The notes beneath the pieces were generated by a model. That model searched no databases. It was not told the DNA's origin and worked only from the letters and a program-made list of their open reading frames with translations. Below, piece by piece: positions 30,722 through 39,246 of a DNA stretch of 64,000 nt (the stretch's first letter is position 1; each line of letters opens with the position of its first letter). The translations under genes were made by a program, and so were the position numbers. This DNA is from an uncultured Pelagibacteraceae bacterium. GTDB lineage: Bacteria; Pseudomonadota; Alphaproteobacteria; Pelagibacterales; Pelagibacteraceae. Location: assembly GCA_902555535.1 (NCBI GenBank), contig CACDTB010000002.1, positions 6,108 through 70,107 on the forward strand. Direction: 5' to 3'.

Positions 30722-33202
30722 ATGACTAAAAATAAAATTACAGCTGTTCTCGGTCCCACTAATACAGGCAAAACTCATCTTGCTATCGAAACCATGCTTT
30801 CTTTTGAGAGTGGGATGATTGGATTTCCACTTAGATTATTAGCAAGAGAAGTATATGACAAAGTAATCAAGAAAATAAGTTTAGATAAAGTTGCATTAAT
30901 AACTGGTGAGGAAAAAATCATTCCATCTAATGCTAAATATTTTTTATGTACAGTTGAGTCTATGCCAATTGACAAACATCTAGAGTTTGTTGGAGTGGAT
31001 GAAATTCAAATGTGTGCAGATCATGAAAGAGGTCATATTTTTACTGATAGACTTTTGAATATGAGGGGAGAAAAACTTACGATGCTGATGGGTTCAAATA
31101 CCATTAAAAATATCATCTCAAAATTGAATGAAGATATTGAATTTATAAACAGAGAAAGACTATCTAAACTTACCTACGCTGGTCACAAAAAAATATCAAG
31201 AATTGACAGAAAAACAGCAATCATTGCATTTTCAGCAGAGGAGGTTTATGCCATTGCAGAGTTAATAAGAAGACAAAAGGGTGGTGCTGCTATTGTAATG
31301 GGATCACTAAGTCCAAAAACAAGAAATGCTCAGGTTGAACTATATCAATCTGGGGATGTTGATTTCCTTGTTGCAACAGATGCAATTGGTATGGGAATAA
31401 ATATGGATTTAGATTTTGTTTATTTTTCAAATGTTAAGAAATTTGATGGAAAAAAATTAAGAAAATTAAATCTTGCAGAAATAGGTCAAATAGCAGGTAG
31501 AGCTGGCAGATACCTTAACGACGGTAGTTTCGGTGTAACTGGAGATTGTAAAGAGATATCTCCAGAAGAAGTAGAATTATTAGAAAATCATAGATTTGAT
31601 GAAATTAGAACTTTGTTTTGGAGAAATTCAAATCTTAATTTCAATAACCCAATTAGTTTGATCAAAAGTTTAGAAGAAAAACCTCAAATGGAATGGCTAA
31701 GAAAAATTCATGAATGTGAGGACGAAAAAGCTTTAAAATATTTTTTAAAAGATCAAAGAATTTTAAATATAGGATTTGATAAGAAAACTTTAATGCTTTT
31801 ATGGGAATGTTGCCAAATACCCGATTTTGTAAAAAAAACTTACGGAAATCATTTTGAGGTTATTGGAAATGTATTTAAATTTTTAACCAGTAAAAAAGGG
31901 CTAATTTCTGAAGACTATATGAGATTACAGCTTATGAAGCTTGATAAATTAGAAGGAAATGTAGATTCTTTATCAAATAGAATTGCAAATGTCAGAACTT
32001 GGTCATATGTTTCGAATAAAAATAATTGGGTAGAAAATCAAATTTATTGGATAGAAAAAACTAAACACTTAGAAGATAGACTTTCAGACAGATTGCATGA
32101 AGAACTTACTAAAACTTTTATTGACAAAAGAGCAAGTGTACTCGCTAGAGGTTTAAAACAAGATATGGAATTTAAAACTGAAATTTTACAAAATAACAAT
32201 GTTAAAATTGACGATCAATTTATTGGAAAGATTAAAGGACTAAAATTAGAACTAGATCTAAAAAAAGGTGCTTTGGAAACAGATATTAAATCTTTAAAAA
32301 AAGCTGCCAGGCAAACTATTGGTCCAGAATTAGAAAAACGTGTTCAATCAATAATTGATACAGGATTAATAAATTTGAATGAAGACTTTAAAATTTACTG
32401 GAATGATTTCCCAATTGCAAAATTAACAACAGGTAATGACTATTTAAATCCTAATTTTGATTTAATCGTTGATGATATTATTGAACAAAACACTAAACAA
32501 AAATTAAACGATTATATAAAAAAATGGATACATGCAAAAATAAATAACGTTCTTAAAAGTTTAATTGATTTAAAAAATATAAAAGAAAATAATTCATCAA
32601 TTAAAGCACTAGCATACCAACTCTATGAAAATAATGGGGTATTAAAAAGAGATCAAGTTTCTGAATACTTAAAAAACCTAGAGCAAAATGAGAGAAAAAT
32701 TCTTAGAGACTTAGGGGTAAAATTCGGGAGATATCATGTTTTCCTTTATCAATTAATTAAGCCAGAACCGGTATCTTTAAGAACGTTATTATGGAAAAAT
32801 TTTCATCAAAAATTTCATAATTTAAAACCACCTACTTTTGGATTAAATTTTTTAGATGATAAGGGAAAAAAAAATAAGAACTTTATGCTCTTGTGTGGAT
32901 TTGAAAGATTTGATAATTTTTTTATAAGAATTGATATTTTGGAAAGATTATTTGTACTAATAATAAATTCGAGTTCAAAAGAAAATACTGAAATAAAATT
33001 AGTTCCAGAAATGTTAAATCTTTTAGGATGTAGTAAAGATAATTTCAAAAAACTTATTCAAAAAATGAATTACAAAATATTTGAAAAAAATAATGAAACG
33101 TTTTTTAAATATAATCCTACTAAAAAAATTAGAAAGATAGCTTCAAAGAAAATTACAAATGAAAATCCATTTAAAATATTAAAAGATTTAAATTTCGGAT
33201 AA
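30722..33202 (+). CDS. Suv3/MgpS-like SF2 helicase
   Basis: LGPTNTGKTH, PLRLLARE, CTVE, DEIQ, ATDAIGMG, QIAGRAGR. Confidence 0.93.
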   Translation: MTKNKITAVLGPTNTGKTHLAIETMLSFESGMIGFPLRLLAREVYDKVIKKISLDKVALITGEEKIIPSNAKYFLCTVESMPIDKHLEFVGVDEIQMCADHERGHIFTDRLLNMRGEKLTMLMGSNTIKNIISKLNEDIEFINRERLSKLTYAGHKKISRIDRKTAIIAFSAEEVYAIAELIRRQKGGAAIVMGSLSPKTRNAQVELYQSGDVDFLVATDAIGMGINMDLDFVYFSNVKKFDGKKLRKLNLAEIGQIAGRAGRYLNDGSFGVTGDCKEISPEEVELLENHRFDEIRTLFWRNSNLNFNNPISLIKSLEEKPQMEWLRKIHECEDEKALKYFLKDQRILNIGFDKKTLMLLWECCQIPDFVKKTYGNHFEVIGNVFKFLTSKKGLISEDYMRLQLMKLDKLEGNVDSLSNRIANVRTWSYVSNKNNWVENQIYWIEKTKHLEDRLSDRLHEELTKTFIDKRASVLARGLKQDMEFKTEILQNNNVKIDDQFIGKIKGLKLELDLKKGALETDIKSLKKAARQTIGPELEKRVQSIIDTGLINLNEDFKIYWNDFPIAKLTTGNDYLNPNFDLIVDDIIEQNTKQKLNDYIKKWIHAKINNVLKSLIDLKNIKENNSSIKALAYQLYENNGVLKRDQVSEYLKNLEQNERKILRDLGVKFGRYHVFLYQLIKPEPVSLRTLLWKNFHQKFHNLKPPTFGLNFLDDKGKKNKNFMLLCGFERFDNFFIRIDILERLFVLIINSSSKENTEIKLVPEMLNLLGCSKDNFKKLIQKMNYKIFEKNNETFFKYNPTKKIRKIASKKITNENPFKILKDLNFG

Positions 33203-33207
33203 ATCTA

Positions 33208-33612
33208 ATGTTTTACAATAAAAAAAATAACAATAATTTTTTGATTAATACTTGCGCATTATTAATTCATACAGCTAAAATTGATGAAAACTATAGTGTA
33301 AAAGAAGAGGAAATAATAAAAAAAACTCTCTTAGAATTAGGAGATACTAAAGAAAACATATCTAACACTATTGCTAAAGCAAAAGTTATTGAAGATGACT
33401 CAAATCAAATATTAGATTTTACAAGAGAGATTAAAAACTTGCCTGAAATCGATAAGATAAAAATTATAGAAACTTTATGGTCAATTATTTATTCTGATAA
33501 CATGGCTGATATATATGAGACAAACCTAATGAGGCGTTTAGCTGGCTTGCTTTATATAGATAGTAAAACTATGGGTGAAATTAAAGATAAAATTATGAAA
33601 GAAAATCTTTAA
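33208..33612 (+). CDS. TerB-family protein
   Basis: [21 protein letters not shown] ... LWSIIYSD...[13 protein letters not shown] fits the TerB pattern. Confidence 0.8.
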   Translation: MFYNKKNNNNFLINTCALLIHTAKIDENYSVKEEEIIKKTLLELGDTKENISNTIAKAKVIEDDSNQILDFTREIKNLPEIDKIKIIETLWSIIYSDNMADIYETNLMRRLAGLLYIDSKTMGEIKDKIMKENL

Positions 33613-33938
33613 TGACATATCTAGTTAATGATAAATGTATTAAGTGTAAATTAACTGACTGCGTTGATGTTTGTCCGGTAGATTGTTTTTATGAAGGTAA
33701 AAATATGCTTGTAATTAAACCGGATGAGTGTATAGATTGTGGCGTTTGCGAACCAGAATGCCCAGTTGACGCTATTAAAGCTGATACTGAACCAGGTAGT
33801 GAACAATGGTTAGAAATCAATAAAAAATATTCAGAAATCTGGCCAAATATAAATGAAAGAAAAGATCCTCCATCGGATCACGATAAATTTAAAAATGAGC
33901 AAAATAAGTACGAAAAATATTTTAAAGAAAATCTTTAA
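33612..33938 (+). CDS. fdxA: 7Fe-type ferredoxin FdxA
   Basis: [38 protein letters not shown]. Confidence 0.95.
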   Translation: MTYLVNDKCIKCKLTDCVDVCPVDCFYEGKNMLVIKPDECIDCGVCEPECPVDAIKADTEPGSEQWLEINKKYSEIWPNINERKDPPSDHDKFKNEQNKYEKYFKENL

Positions 33939-34791
33939 AGCTAAACCAAAAAAAAAAGTAAAAAAAAAAACTACAAACAAAAAACAAGTTAAAAAGAAAA
34001 CAAAAAGAATTAAAAAGATTGTTTCAAAAAAAATTAAAACTAAAATCACTAAAGGAAAAAAAGCTACTAATAAAAAAATAGTTACAAAAAAAATTTCTAA
34101 AGTTGTTCAGCTTAAAGAAGAACCTAAAGTTAATAATTTAAGAATTCCTAAAAGTAATGAAGTAAAACCGGAAATTAAAAAAATAAAAAAACAGGATACT
34201 GAAAAAAGAGAATTTAAAGTAAAAGATTATGTTGTTTATCCTAAACATGGTGTTGGTCAGATAACTGAATTTAAAAAGATTAATATAGGAAGCATTGATG
34301 TTGAGACTTATGTGATAAAATTTGAAAGAGACAAAGCTAATGGAATGGTTCCTGTAAATAAACAATCTCACTTAAGACCTTTAGCAACTATCAATCAAGT
34401 GAATAAATGTATCTCGATTCTAAAAAGTAAACCAAAAATAAAAAGGTCTATGTGGAGTAGAAGAGCTCAAGAATATGAAGCTAAAATTTCCTCTGGTAAA
34501 ATTTACGAGTTAGCAGAAGTAGTTAGAGATTTAAACAAAGGTGATGATCTTATGGTTGATCAATCATATAGCGAAAGACAATTATTTGAGAAAGCATACG
34601 AAAGAATTTTATCTGAATTTCAAATTGTGTTGAATTCATCTTCAGAAGATACACAAAAAAAACTTGATAAAGCACTAAAGAGAAATGTAAATGGCCAAAC
34701 TCAACAAACAAGAACTATAACAAAGACTTCTACAACAGAATTACCTGTTGAAGAACCTATTTCTGAGCCGGAAGAAAATTTAGACGAATAA
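33895..34791 (+). CDS. carD: CarD/CdnL-family RNA-polymerase-binding factor with Lys-rich N-terminal extension and acidic C-terminal tail
   Basis: [15 protein letters not shown], conserved Trp in [26 protein letters not shown]; fdxA-carD synteny. Start is 33895 or 33853, both inside fdxA. Confidence 0.92.
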   Translation: MSKISTKNILKKIFKAKPKKKVKKKTTNKKQVKKKTKRIKKIVSKKIKTKITKGKKATNKKIVTKKISKVVQLKEEPKVNNLRIPKSNEVKPEIKKIKKQDTEKREFKVKDYVVYPKHGVGQITEFKKINIGSIDVETYVIKFERDKANGMVPVNKQSHLRPLATINQVNKCISILKSKPKIKRSMWSRRAQEYEAKISSGKIYELAEVVRDLNKGDDLMVDQSYSERQLFEKAYERILSEFQIVLNSSSEDTQKKLDKALKRNVNGQTQQTRTITKTSTTELPVEEPISEPEENLDE

Positions 34792-34833
34792 AAAAAAACG
34801 CCTCTCACACAATCTGTAATGAGAAGCGTTTTT
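34790..34833 (-). terminator. Intrinsic terminator between carD and the basic micro-ORF (bidirectional, better on minus strand)
   Basis: Minus: CGCUUCUCA...UGAGAGGCG fully paired (one G-U) plus U9. Plus: same stem with a C-A mismatch plus U5. Confidence 0.8.
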
Positions 34834-34852
34834 AATAAGAATTACTAAGTTA

Positions 34853-34948
34853 TTATCTTTTTCTTCTTTTCTTAGTTTTCTTTGCAGCTTTTTTTCTTTT
34901 CTTAGCTTTCTTAGCTTTTTTAGCTGCTTTTTTTCTTTTCTTAGGCAT
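34853..34948 (-). CDS. 31-aa protamine/histone-H1-like basic micro-protein (MPKKRKKAAKKAKKAKKRKKAAKKTKKRRKR)
   Basis: Manual translation; AGGGAG SD 6 nt before ATG; tandem TAA TAA; upstream promoter and downstream terminator. Confidence 0.85.
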   Translation of the reverse strand: MPKKRKKAAKKAKKAKKRKKAAKKTKKRRKR

Positions 34949-34972
34949 CTTTAGCTCCCTAGTTAAGTTTAA

Positions 34973-34989
34973 CGAATCAAATTGATTCG
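34973..34989. promoter_or_regulatory. Perfect palindrome CGAATCAA-A-TTGATTCG with two GANTC sites
   Basis: Seen directly, in the predicted 5' UTR of the basic micro-ORF. Confidence 0.6.
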
Positions 34990-35000
34990 CTATTAAGGTA

Positions 35001-35029
35001 TTTTTATTTTTTTATACAAGTTATGTCAA
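35001..35029 (-). promoter_or_regulatory. Putative sigma70 promoter of the basic micro-ORF (TTGACA-N17-TAAAAA)
   Basis: Consensus -35 at 35024-35029; the -10 element lacks the -7 T. Confidence 0.6.
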
Positions 35030-35147
35030 TTCTTTAATTAAAATGTAATTTTTAAAAAAAAATTTTTATTTTTCATTTTGTTTTAAATTTAATTAATTTA
35101 ATTTAGTTAATGTTTATGCGGATAATAAACAATATACAAAATATTAT

Positions 35148-36878
35148 TTAATAAAGTTTTTCTAACTGATTTTTATATTTTTCTATAACTTTTTTTCTTT
35201 TTACTTTCATAGTTGGAGTCATTAATCCATTTTCTATAGAAAAATTTTCATCTATTAATTGAATTCTTTTTATTTTTTCTAATAAAGTTAATTTATTATT
35301 TATTTTTTCAATTACTTTATTAATTTTTTCTTTTTCATTTAAAAAATCTTTATTAGGAACTATTAATGCAACTAAATAATTTTTTTTATCTCCATAAACC
35401 ATGCATTGATCAATTTCAGGTTCGTTTGTTAACATATTTTCAATTTTAGCTGGTGAAATATTGTCTCCTCCCGCACTTACTATAATATCTTTTTTTCTAT
35501 CGGTTATTTTTAAATAACCATCATTTGGATCTATCTCTCCAATATCACCTGTATGAAGCCATCCATTTATAATTACTTTTTCAGTTTCCTCTTTTTTATT
35601 CCAATATCCTAGCATTACATTTTCACCTTTAACTAAAATTTCTCCATCTTCAGCAATTTTAACTTCGTTCCCTTTAAATGGAGGTCCTACGGTTTCCACT
35701 TTTATTTTGTGTATTGGATTGCAACTAACTACTGGTGATGTTTCTGTTAAACCATAACCCTGGAGAGTAGGTAATCCTATAGCATTTAAAAATTCACCTA
35801 TTTCTTTATCTAGAGCACCACCACCTGAAACAAAAGCTTTTAAATTTCCACCAAATTGTTTTTTTATTTTTTTTCTAACTAATTTATCAACAATAAAATT
35901 GAGTAATTTTTCAGAAAAAGTCATTTTTTGATTTAATAGTTTTTTTCTTCCCAAACGAATAGTTGCATCAATTAATTTTGCTTTTAAACCTGTCTGTTTT
36001 TTTAAATTCATGTTTATTTTATTGTAAAGGTTTTGGTAGAACCTAGGGACAGCGGCCATAATTGTAGGCTTTGCTTCAGATATATTTTCTAGAAGTTTTT
36101 CAATTTTTTCAGCATAGAAAACTCTAGCTCCTACTGCTATCTGTACAAATTGAAGACAGTGCTCATAAGAGTGTGAAAGAGGAAGCCAAGTTAAAAATAC
36201 TGGTCTTGATTTAAATAATGGTTTTGTAATTTCACACGATCCCACAACATTATTCAAAATTCCACCATGACTTAAGATTACTCCCTTAGGATTACCGCCA
36301 GTACCAGAAGTATAAATAATACATGCAGGAGAATTTCTTTTTAATTTATTATTTTCAATTTTATCTTCTGCTAATAAATTATTTTCTATAATTGAATTTA
36401 AATCTAAATATTTTTCTTTATTTATTATATGTAAATTATTTGTTACCTTAGCTATTTCATCTAAAGTTATTACTTTTTTAATAAAATCTTTTTCATTAAT
36501 TATATTATTTAATTTTCGTAGCATTTCATTATTTGAAACTATAACTAAGCTAGGTTCACAATCTTCTATCAAATACTTATAATCATCTTCTATATAAGTT
36601 GTATATGCTGGAACTGTAATTCCACTAGCTAGCATTATAGCTAAATCAGAAACAAACCACTCAGGTCTATTCTCCGAAACTAAAAGACATCTGTCGCCTT
36701 CTTTTATATTTTCTTTAATAACTTTTGATAATTTTAATATATTCTTTTCAGTTTGTTCCCAAGTGTATGTTTTTTTATTACTTGGGTTTAGCCATTCTAA
36801 GAAAATATCTTTTTTATTTTGTTTATTTGCTTGATTTGCAAATAATTCGATCAAATTATTTAAATTATTTAAATTCAT
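35148..36878 (-). CDS. Long-chain fatty acid--CoA ligase (FadD/ACSL-like)
   Basis: SENRPEW, IYTSGTGGNPKGV, LPLSHSYE, QGYGLTE, WLHTGDIG, ITDRKKD. Confidence 0.93.
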   Translation of the reverse strand: MNLNNLNNLIELFANQANKQNKKDIFLEWLNPSNKKTYTWEQTEKNILKLSKVIKENIKEGDRCLLVSENRPEWFVSDLAIMLASGITVPAYTTYIEDDYKYLIEDCEPSLVIVSNNEMLRKLNNIINEKDFIKKVITLDEIAKVTNNLHIINKEKYLDLNSIIENNLLAEDKIENNKLKRNSPACIIYTSGTGGNPKGVILSHGGILNNVVGSCEITKPLFKSRPVFLTWLPLSHSYEHCLQFVQIAVGARVFYAEKIEKLLENISEAKPTIMAAVPRFYQNLYNKINMNLKKQTGLKAKLIDATIRLGRKKLLNQKMTFSEKLLNFIVDKLVRKKIKKQFGGNLKAFVSGGGALDKEIGEFLNAIGLPTLQGYGLTETSPVVSCNPIHKIKVETVGPPFKGNEVKIAEDGEILVKGENVMLGYWNKKEETEKVIINGWLHTGDIGEIDPNDGYLKITDRKKDIIVSAGGDNISPAKIENMLTNEPEIDQCMVYGDKKNYLVALIVPNKDFLNEKEKINKVIEKINNKLTLLEKIKRIQLIDENFSIENGLMTPTMKVKRKKVIEKYKNQLEKLY

Positions 36879-36885
36879 AGTTTCT

Positions 36886-36970
36886 TGGTGGGCGAAGAGA
36901 GAATCGAACTCTCACTTCTTGCGAAACACGATTTTGAGTCGTGCGCGTCTACCAGTTCCGCCATTCGCCC
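36886..36970 (-). tRNA. tRNA-Leu (CAA)
   Basis: GGGCGAATGGCGGAACTGGTAGACGCG, CACGA-CT-CAA-AA-TCGTG, long variable arm, ends TTCGCCC-A-CCA; 85 nt. Confidence 0.97.
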
Positions 36971-37032
36971 TAGATATTCAATTAAATTATATTTAAATAG
37001 TATAAGAACTAAATTTATATTAAAACCAAAAA

Positions 37033-37638
37033 ATGTTTCAAACACTCTACAAAAAATGTTTAGAATTAGCTGCACATAAAAGTTCAAATTTTTATTTGGC
37101 GCTTGTATCTTTTATAGAAAGTTCTTTTTTTCCTATACCTCCAGATGCAATGATAATCCCAATGGTTATCGCTAAAAAAAAGGAATATCTGAAAATATTT
37201 TTAATAGCATCAATATTTTCAGTTCTTGGAGGAATCTTTGGTTATTTGATAGGTTATTTATTTTTAGATTTAGCAATGTATCTAATCGAATTTTATGGTT
37301 ATCAAGATAAAGTTGAAAATTTAAAATTAAGCATGTCTCAAGGTAGTGGATTCTTCGCATGGCTGAGTATTCTTTTTTTAGCTGGCTTTACTCCATTACC
37401 CTATAAAGCCTTTACGATTTCAAGTGGTTTAATTGCTTTTAATCTTCCTATTTTTATAATTGTTAGTTTAATTTCAAGAAGCCTGAGATTTTTTATAGTT
37501 GCCTATTTATCTTATAGATTTGGAGAGTTATTTACAAAGTACATGGAAAAACATGGATCAAAATGGTTCACCATAATTGGAGTTATTATAGTTATAATAT
37601 TTATAATTATTTATTTATTTTTAAAATTTAATGATTGA
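37033..37638 (+). CDS. YqaA/DedA-family membrane protein
   Basis: SFIESSFFPIPPD, AGFTPLPYKAFTI, SRSLRFF. Confidence 0.92.
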   Translation: MFQTLYKKCLELAAHKSSNFYLALVSFIESSFFPIPPDAMIIPMVIAKKKEYLKIFLIASIFSVLGGIFGYLIGYLFLDLAMYLIEFYGYQDKVENLKLSMSQGSGFFAWLSILFLAGFTPLPYKAFTISSGLIAFNLPIFIIVSLISRSLRFFIVAYLSYRFGELFTKYMEKHGSKWFTIIGVIIVIIFIIIYLFLKFND

Positions 37639-38116
37639 GATTAACAAAACAATTATATTAAAGTTAATTTTTTTAATTAGCATTATTGCCTTATCTTCAG
37701 CATTTTTTATTGAATATGTTTTAGGTCATCAACCTTGTAACTTATGTGTACTGGAAAGAATTCCATACCTATTAGCATTAGTAATTATTGTATTAAATTA
37801 TAAATTTATTAATCTTGAAAAGTATTTCATTCTTTCTCTTCTTTTAATTTTTTTAGCAGCTACTTTTTTATCTTTATATCATTTGGGTATTGAGCAAGGT
37901 TTTATTGAAGAATCATTGGTTTGCGATTTAAAAAATGGCTCTAATTTACTATCAAAAGAAGACATATTAAGACAGTTACAAGAAAAGAATATAAGCTGCA
38001 AAGATGTTACATTTAAGATTTTAGGATTATCGCTTACAAGTTACAATATTATAATATCAATATTAATAGTATATTTTACAACAAGAGCTTATTTAAGTTA
38101 TGAAAACAATAAGTAA
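37631..38116 (+). CDS. dsbB: Disulfide bond formation protein B family
   Basis: PCNLCVLERIPY, YHLGIE, second Cys pair, 4 TM segments. Confidence 0.88.
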   Translation: MIEINKTIILKLIFLISIIALSSAFFIEYVLGHQPCNLCVLERIPYLLALVIIVLNYKFINLEKYFILSLLLIFLAATFLSLYHLGIEQGFIEESLVCDLKNGSNLLSKEDILRQLQEKNISCKDVTFKILGLSLTSYNIIISILIVYFTTRAYLSYENNK

Positions 38117-38633
38117 AAAGAAAATAGAAGAATTTATTAGAGTTGATCATGCTGGAGAGCGTGGTGCTGTTAAAATTTATGAGGGACAGTTGCTTGCTCT
38201 AAACACATTAATTAAAGATGAAGCTTTAAAAAAAACAATTGAAGAAATGAAAGTTCATGAAAAAGAACATTCTAATTTTTTTGAAGAAGAAATTAAAAAA
38301 AGAAATATAAAACCGACAAAATTTTTACCCTTATGGGATTTATTAGGTGTGGGATTAGGTTTTGGTTCAACTTTACTTGGTAAGAAAGCAGCTATGCTTT
38401 GCACTGCTTCTGTTGAAGAAGTGATAGATGAGCATTATTTAAACCAAATAAAAAAACTTGATAATAGTGAATCAAAACTTAAAAAAAAAATAATTAAATT
38501 TAGAGAAGATGAATTAAGTCATAAAGATATTGCCTATGAAAAGGGTGCTACAAAAGAAGGTCCATACTCTATATTAGATAAAATTATTAAAACTGGATCA
38601 AAAATTGCAATAAATATTTCTGAGAAAATTTAA
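38100..38633 (+). CDS. coq7: Coq7-type demethoxyubiquinone hydroxylase
   Basis: RVDHAGERGAVKIYEGQ, EKEH, AMLCTASVEEVIDEHY, FREDELSH di-iron ligands. Confidence 0.93.
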   Translation: MKTISKKKIEEFIRVDHAGERGAVKIYEGQLLALNTLIKDEALKKTIEEMKVHEKEHSNFFEEEIKKRNIKPTKFLPLWDLLGVGLGFGSTLLGKKAAMLCTASVEEVIDEHYLNQIKKLDNSESKLKKKIIKFREDELSHKDIAYEKGATKEGPYSILDKIIKTGSKIAINISEKI

Positions 38634-39199
38634 GACTCTAGTTCTACATCCCAATATAAGTAATCCATCCAGCTTTTATGTAAAAAATTTGGTGGAAAAT
38701 TTTTACCATTTTTATGTAGATCCTCTGTTGATGGTCGATAAGGGTACTGATGCAACTTCATACCCGAATATTTTAATAGTTTTCCACCCTTTTTCACATT
38801 GCATGCAGAACAAGCTGTTACAACATTATCCCAATTAGTTTCGCCTCCTTTTGATCTAGGTAATAGATGATCAAAAGTTAACTCTTCATTGCTTCCACAA
38901 TATTGACAGGAAAATTTATCTCTTAAAAACACATTAAATCTAGTAAAACTTGGCTTGCTTTGAGGAACGATATAATCCTTTAATGCAATGACACTTGGTA
39001 ATTTCATATTGAATGATGGACTTCTTATCGTTCTATCATAATTACTAACAATAATAACTCGATCAAGAAAAACTGATTTAACAGTGTCCTGCCAAGACCA
39101 TAAAGACAAAGGGTAGTAACTCAAAGGTCTGTAGTCAGCATTAAGTACTAATGCTGGACACTTTTCTAATGAAACATTTTGTTCAATAAAATTATTCAT
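38630..39199 (-). CDS. HNH endonuclease (McrA-like)
   Basis: LVLNADYRPL, RFNVFLRDKFSCQYC, TFDHLLPRSKGG, WDNVVTACSACNVKK. Confidence 0.92.
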   Translation of the reverse strand: MNNFIEQNVSLEKCPALVLNADYRPLSYYPLSLWSWQDTVKSVFLDRVIIVSNYDRTIRSPSFNMKLPSVIALKDYIVPQSKPSFTRFNVFLRDKFSCQYCGSNEELTFDHLLPRSKGGETNWDNVVTACSACNVKKGGKLLKYSGMKLHQYPYRPSTEDLHKNGKNFPPNFLHKSWMDYLYWDVELES

Positions 39200-39205
39200 T
39201 AACTA

Positions 39206-39234
39206 ATTTTAACTTAGTTAAACAATTTTATCAA
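39206..39234 (-). promoter_or_regulatory. Putative sigma70 promoter of the HNH gene (TTGATA-N17-TAAAAT), leaderless geometry
   Basis: -10 ends 6 nt before the ATG; palindrome TTTAACT-T-AGTTAAA at 39208-39222 overlaps it. Confidence 0.6.
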
Positions 39235-39246
39235 TAATAAGAGATG

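Noticed and set aside
36875-37087. 70-aa and 64-aa ORFs on both strands
   Set aside because: Both span tRNA-Leu; translations are tRNA-derived.
38630-39199. HNH gene as a homing endonuclease or restriction system
   Set aside because: No intron, phage or methyltransferase context; resembles the stand-alone alphaproteobacterial HNH family.
39199-39222. CtrA box (TTAA-N7-TTAA) in the HNH promoter
   Set aside because: Spacings are N6 and N5, not N7, and TTAA is very common in this AT-rich DNA.
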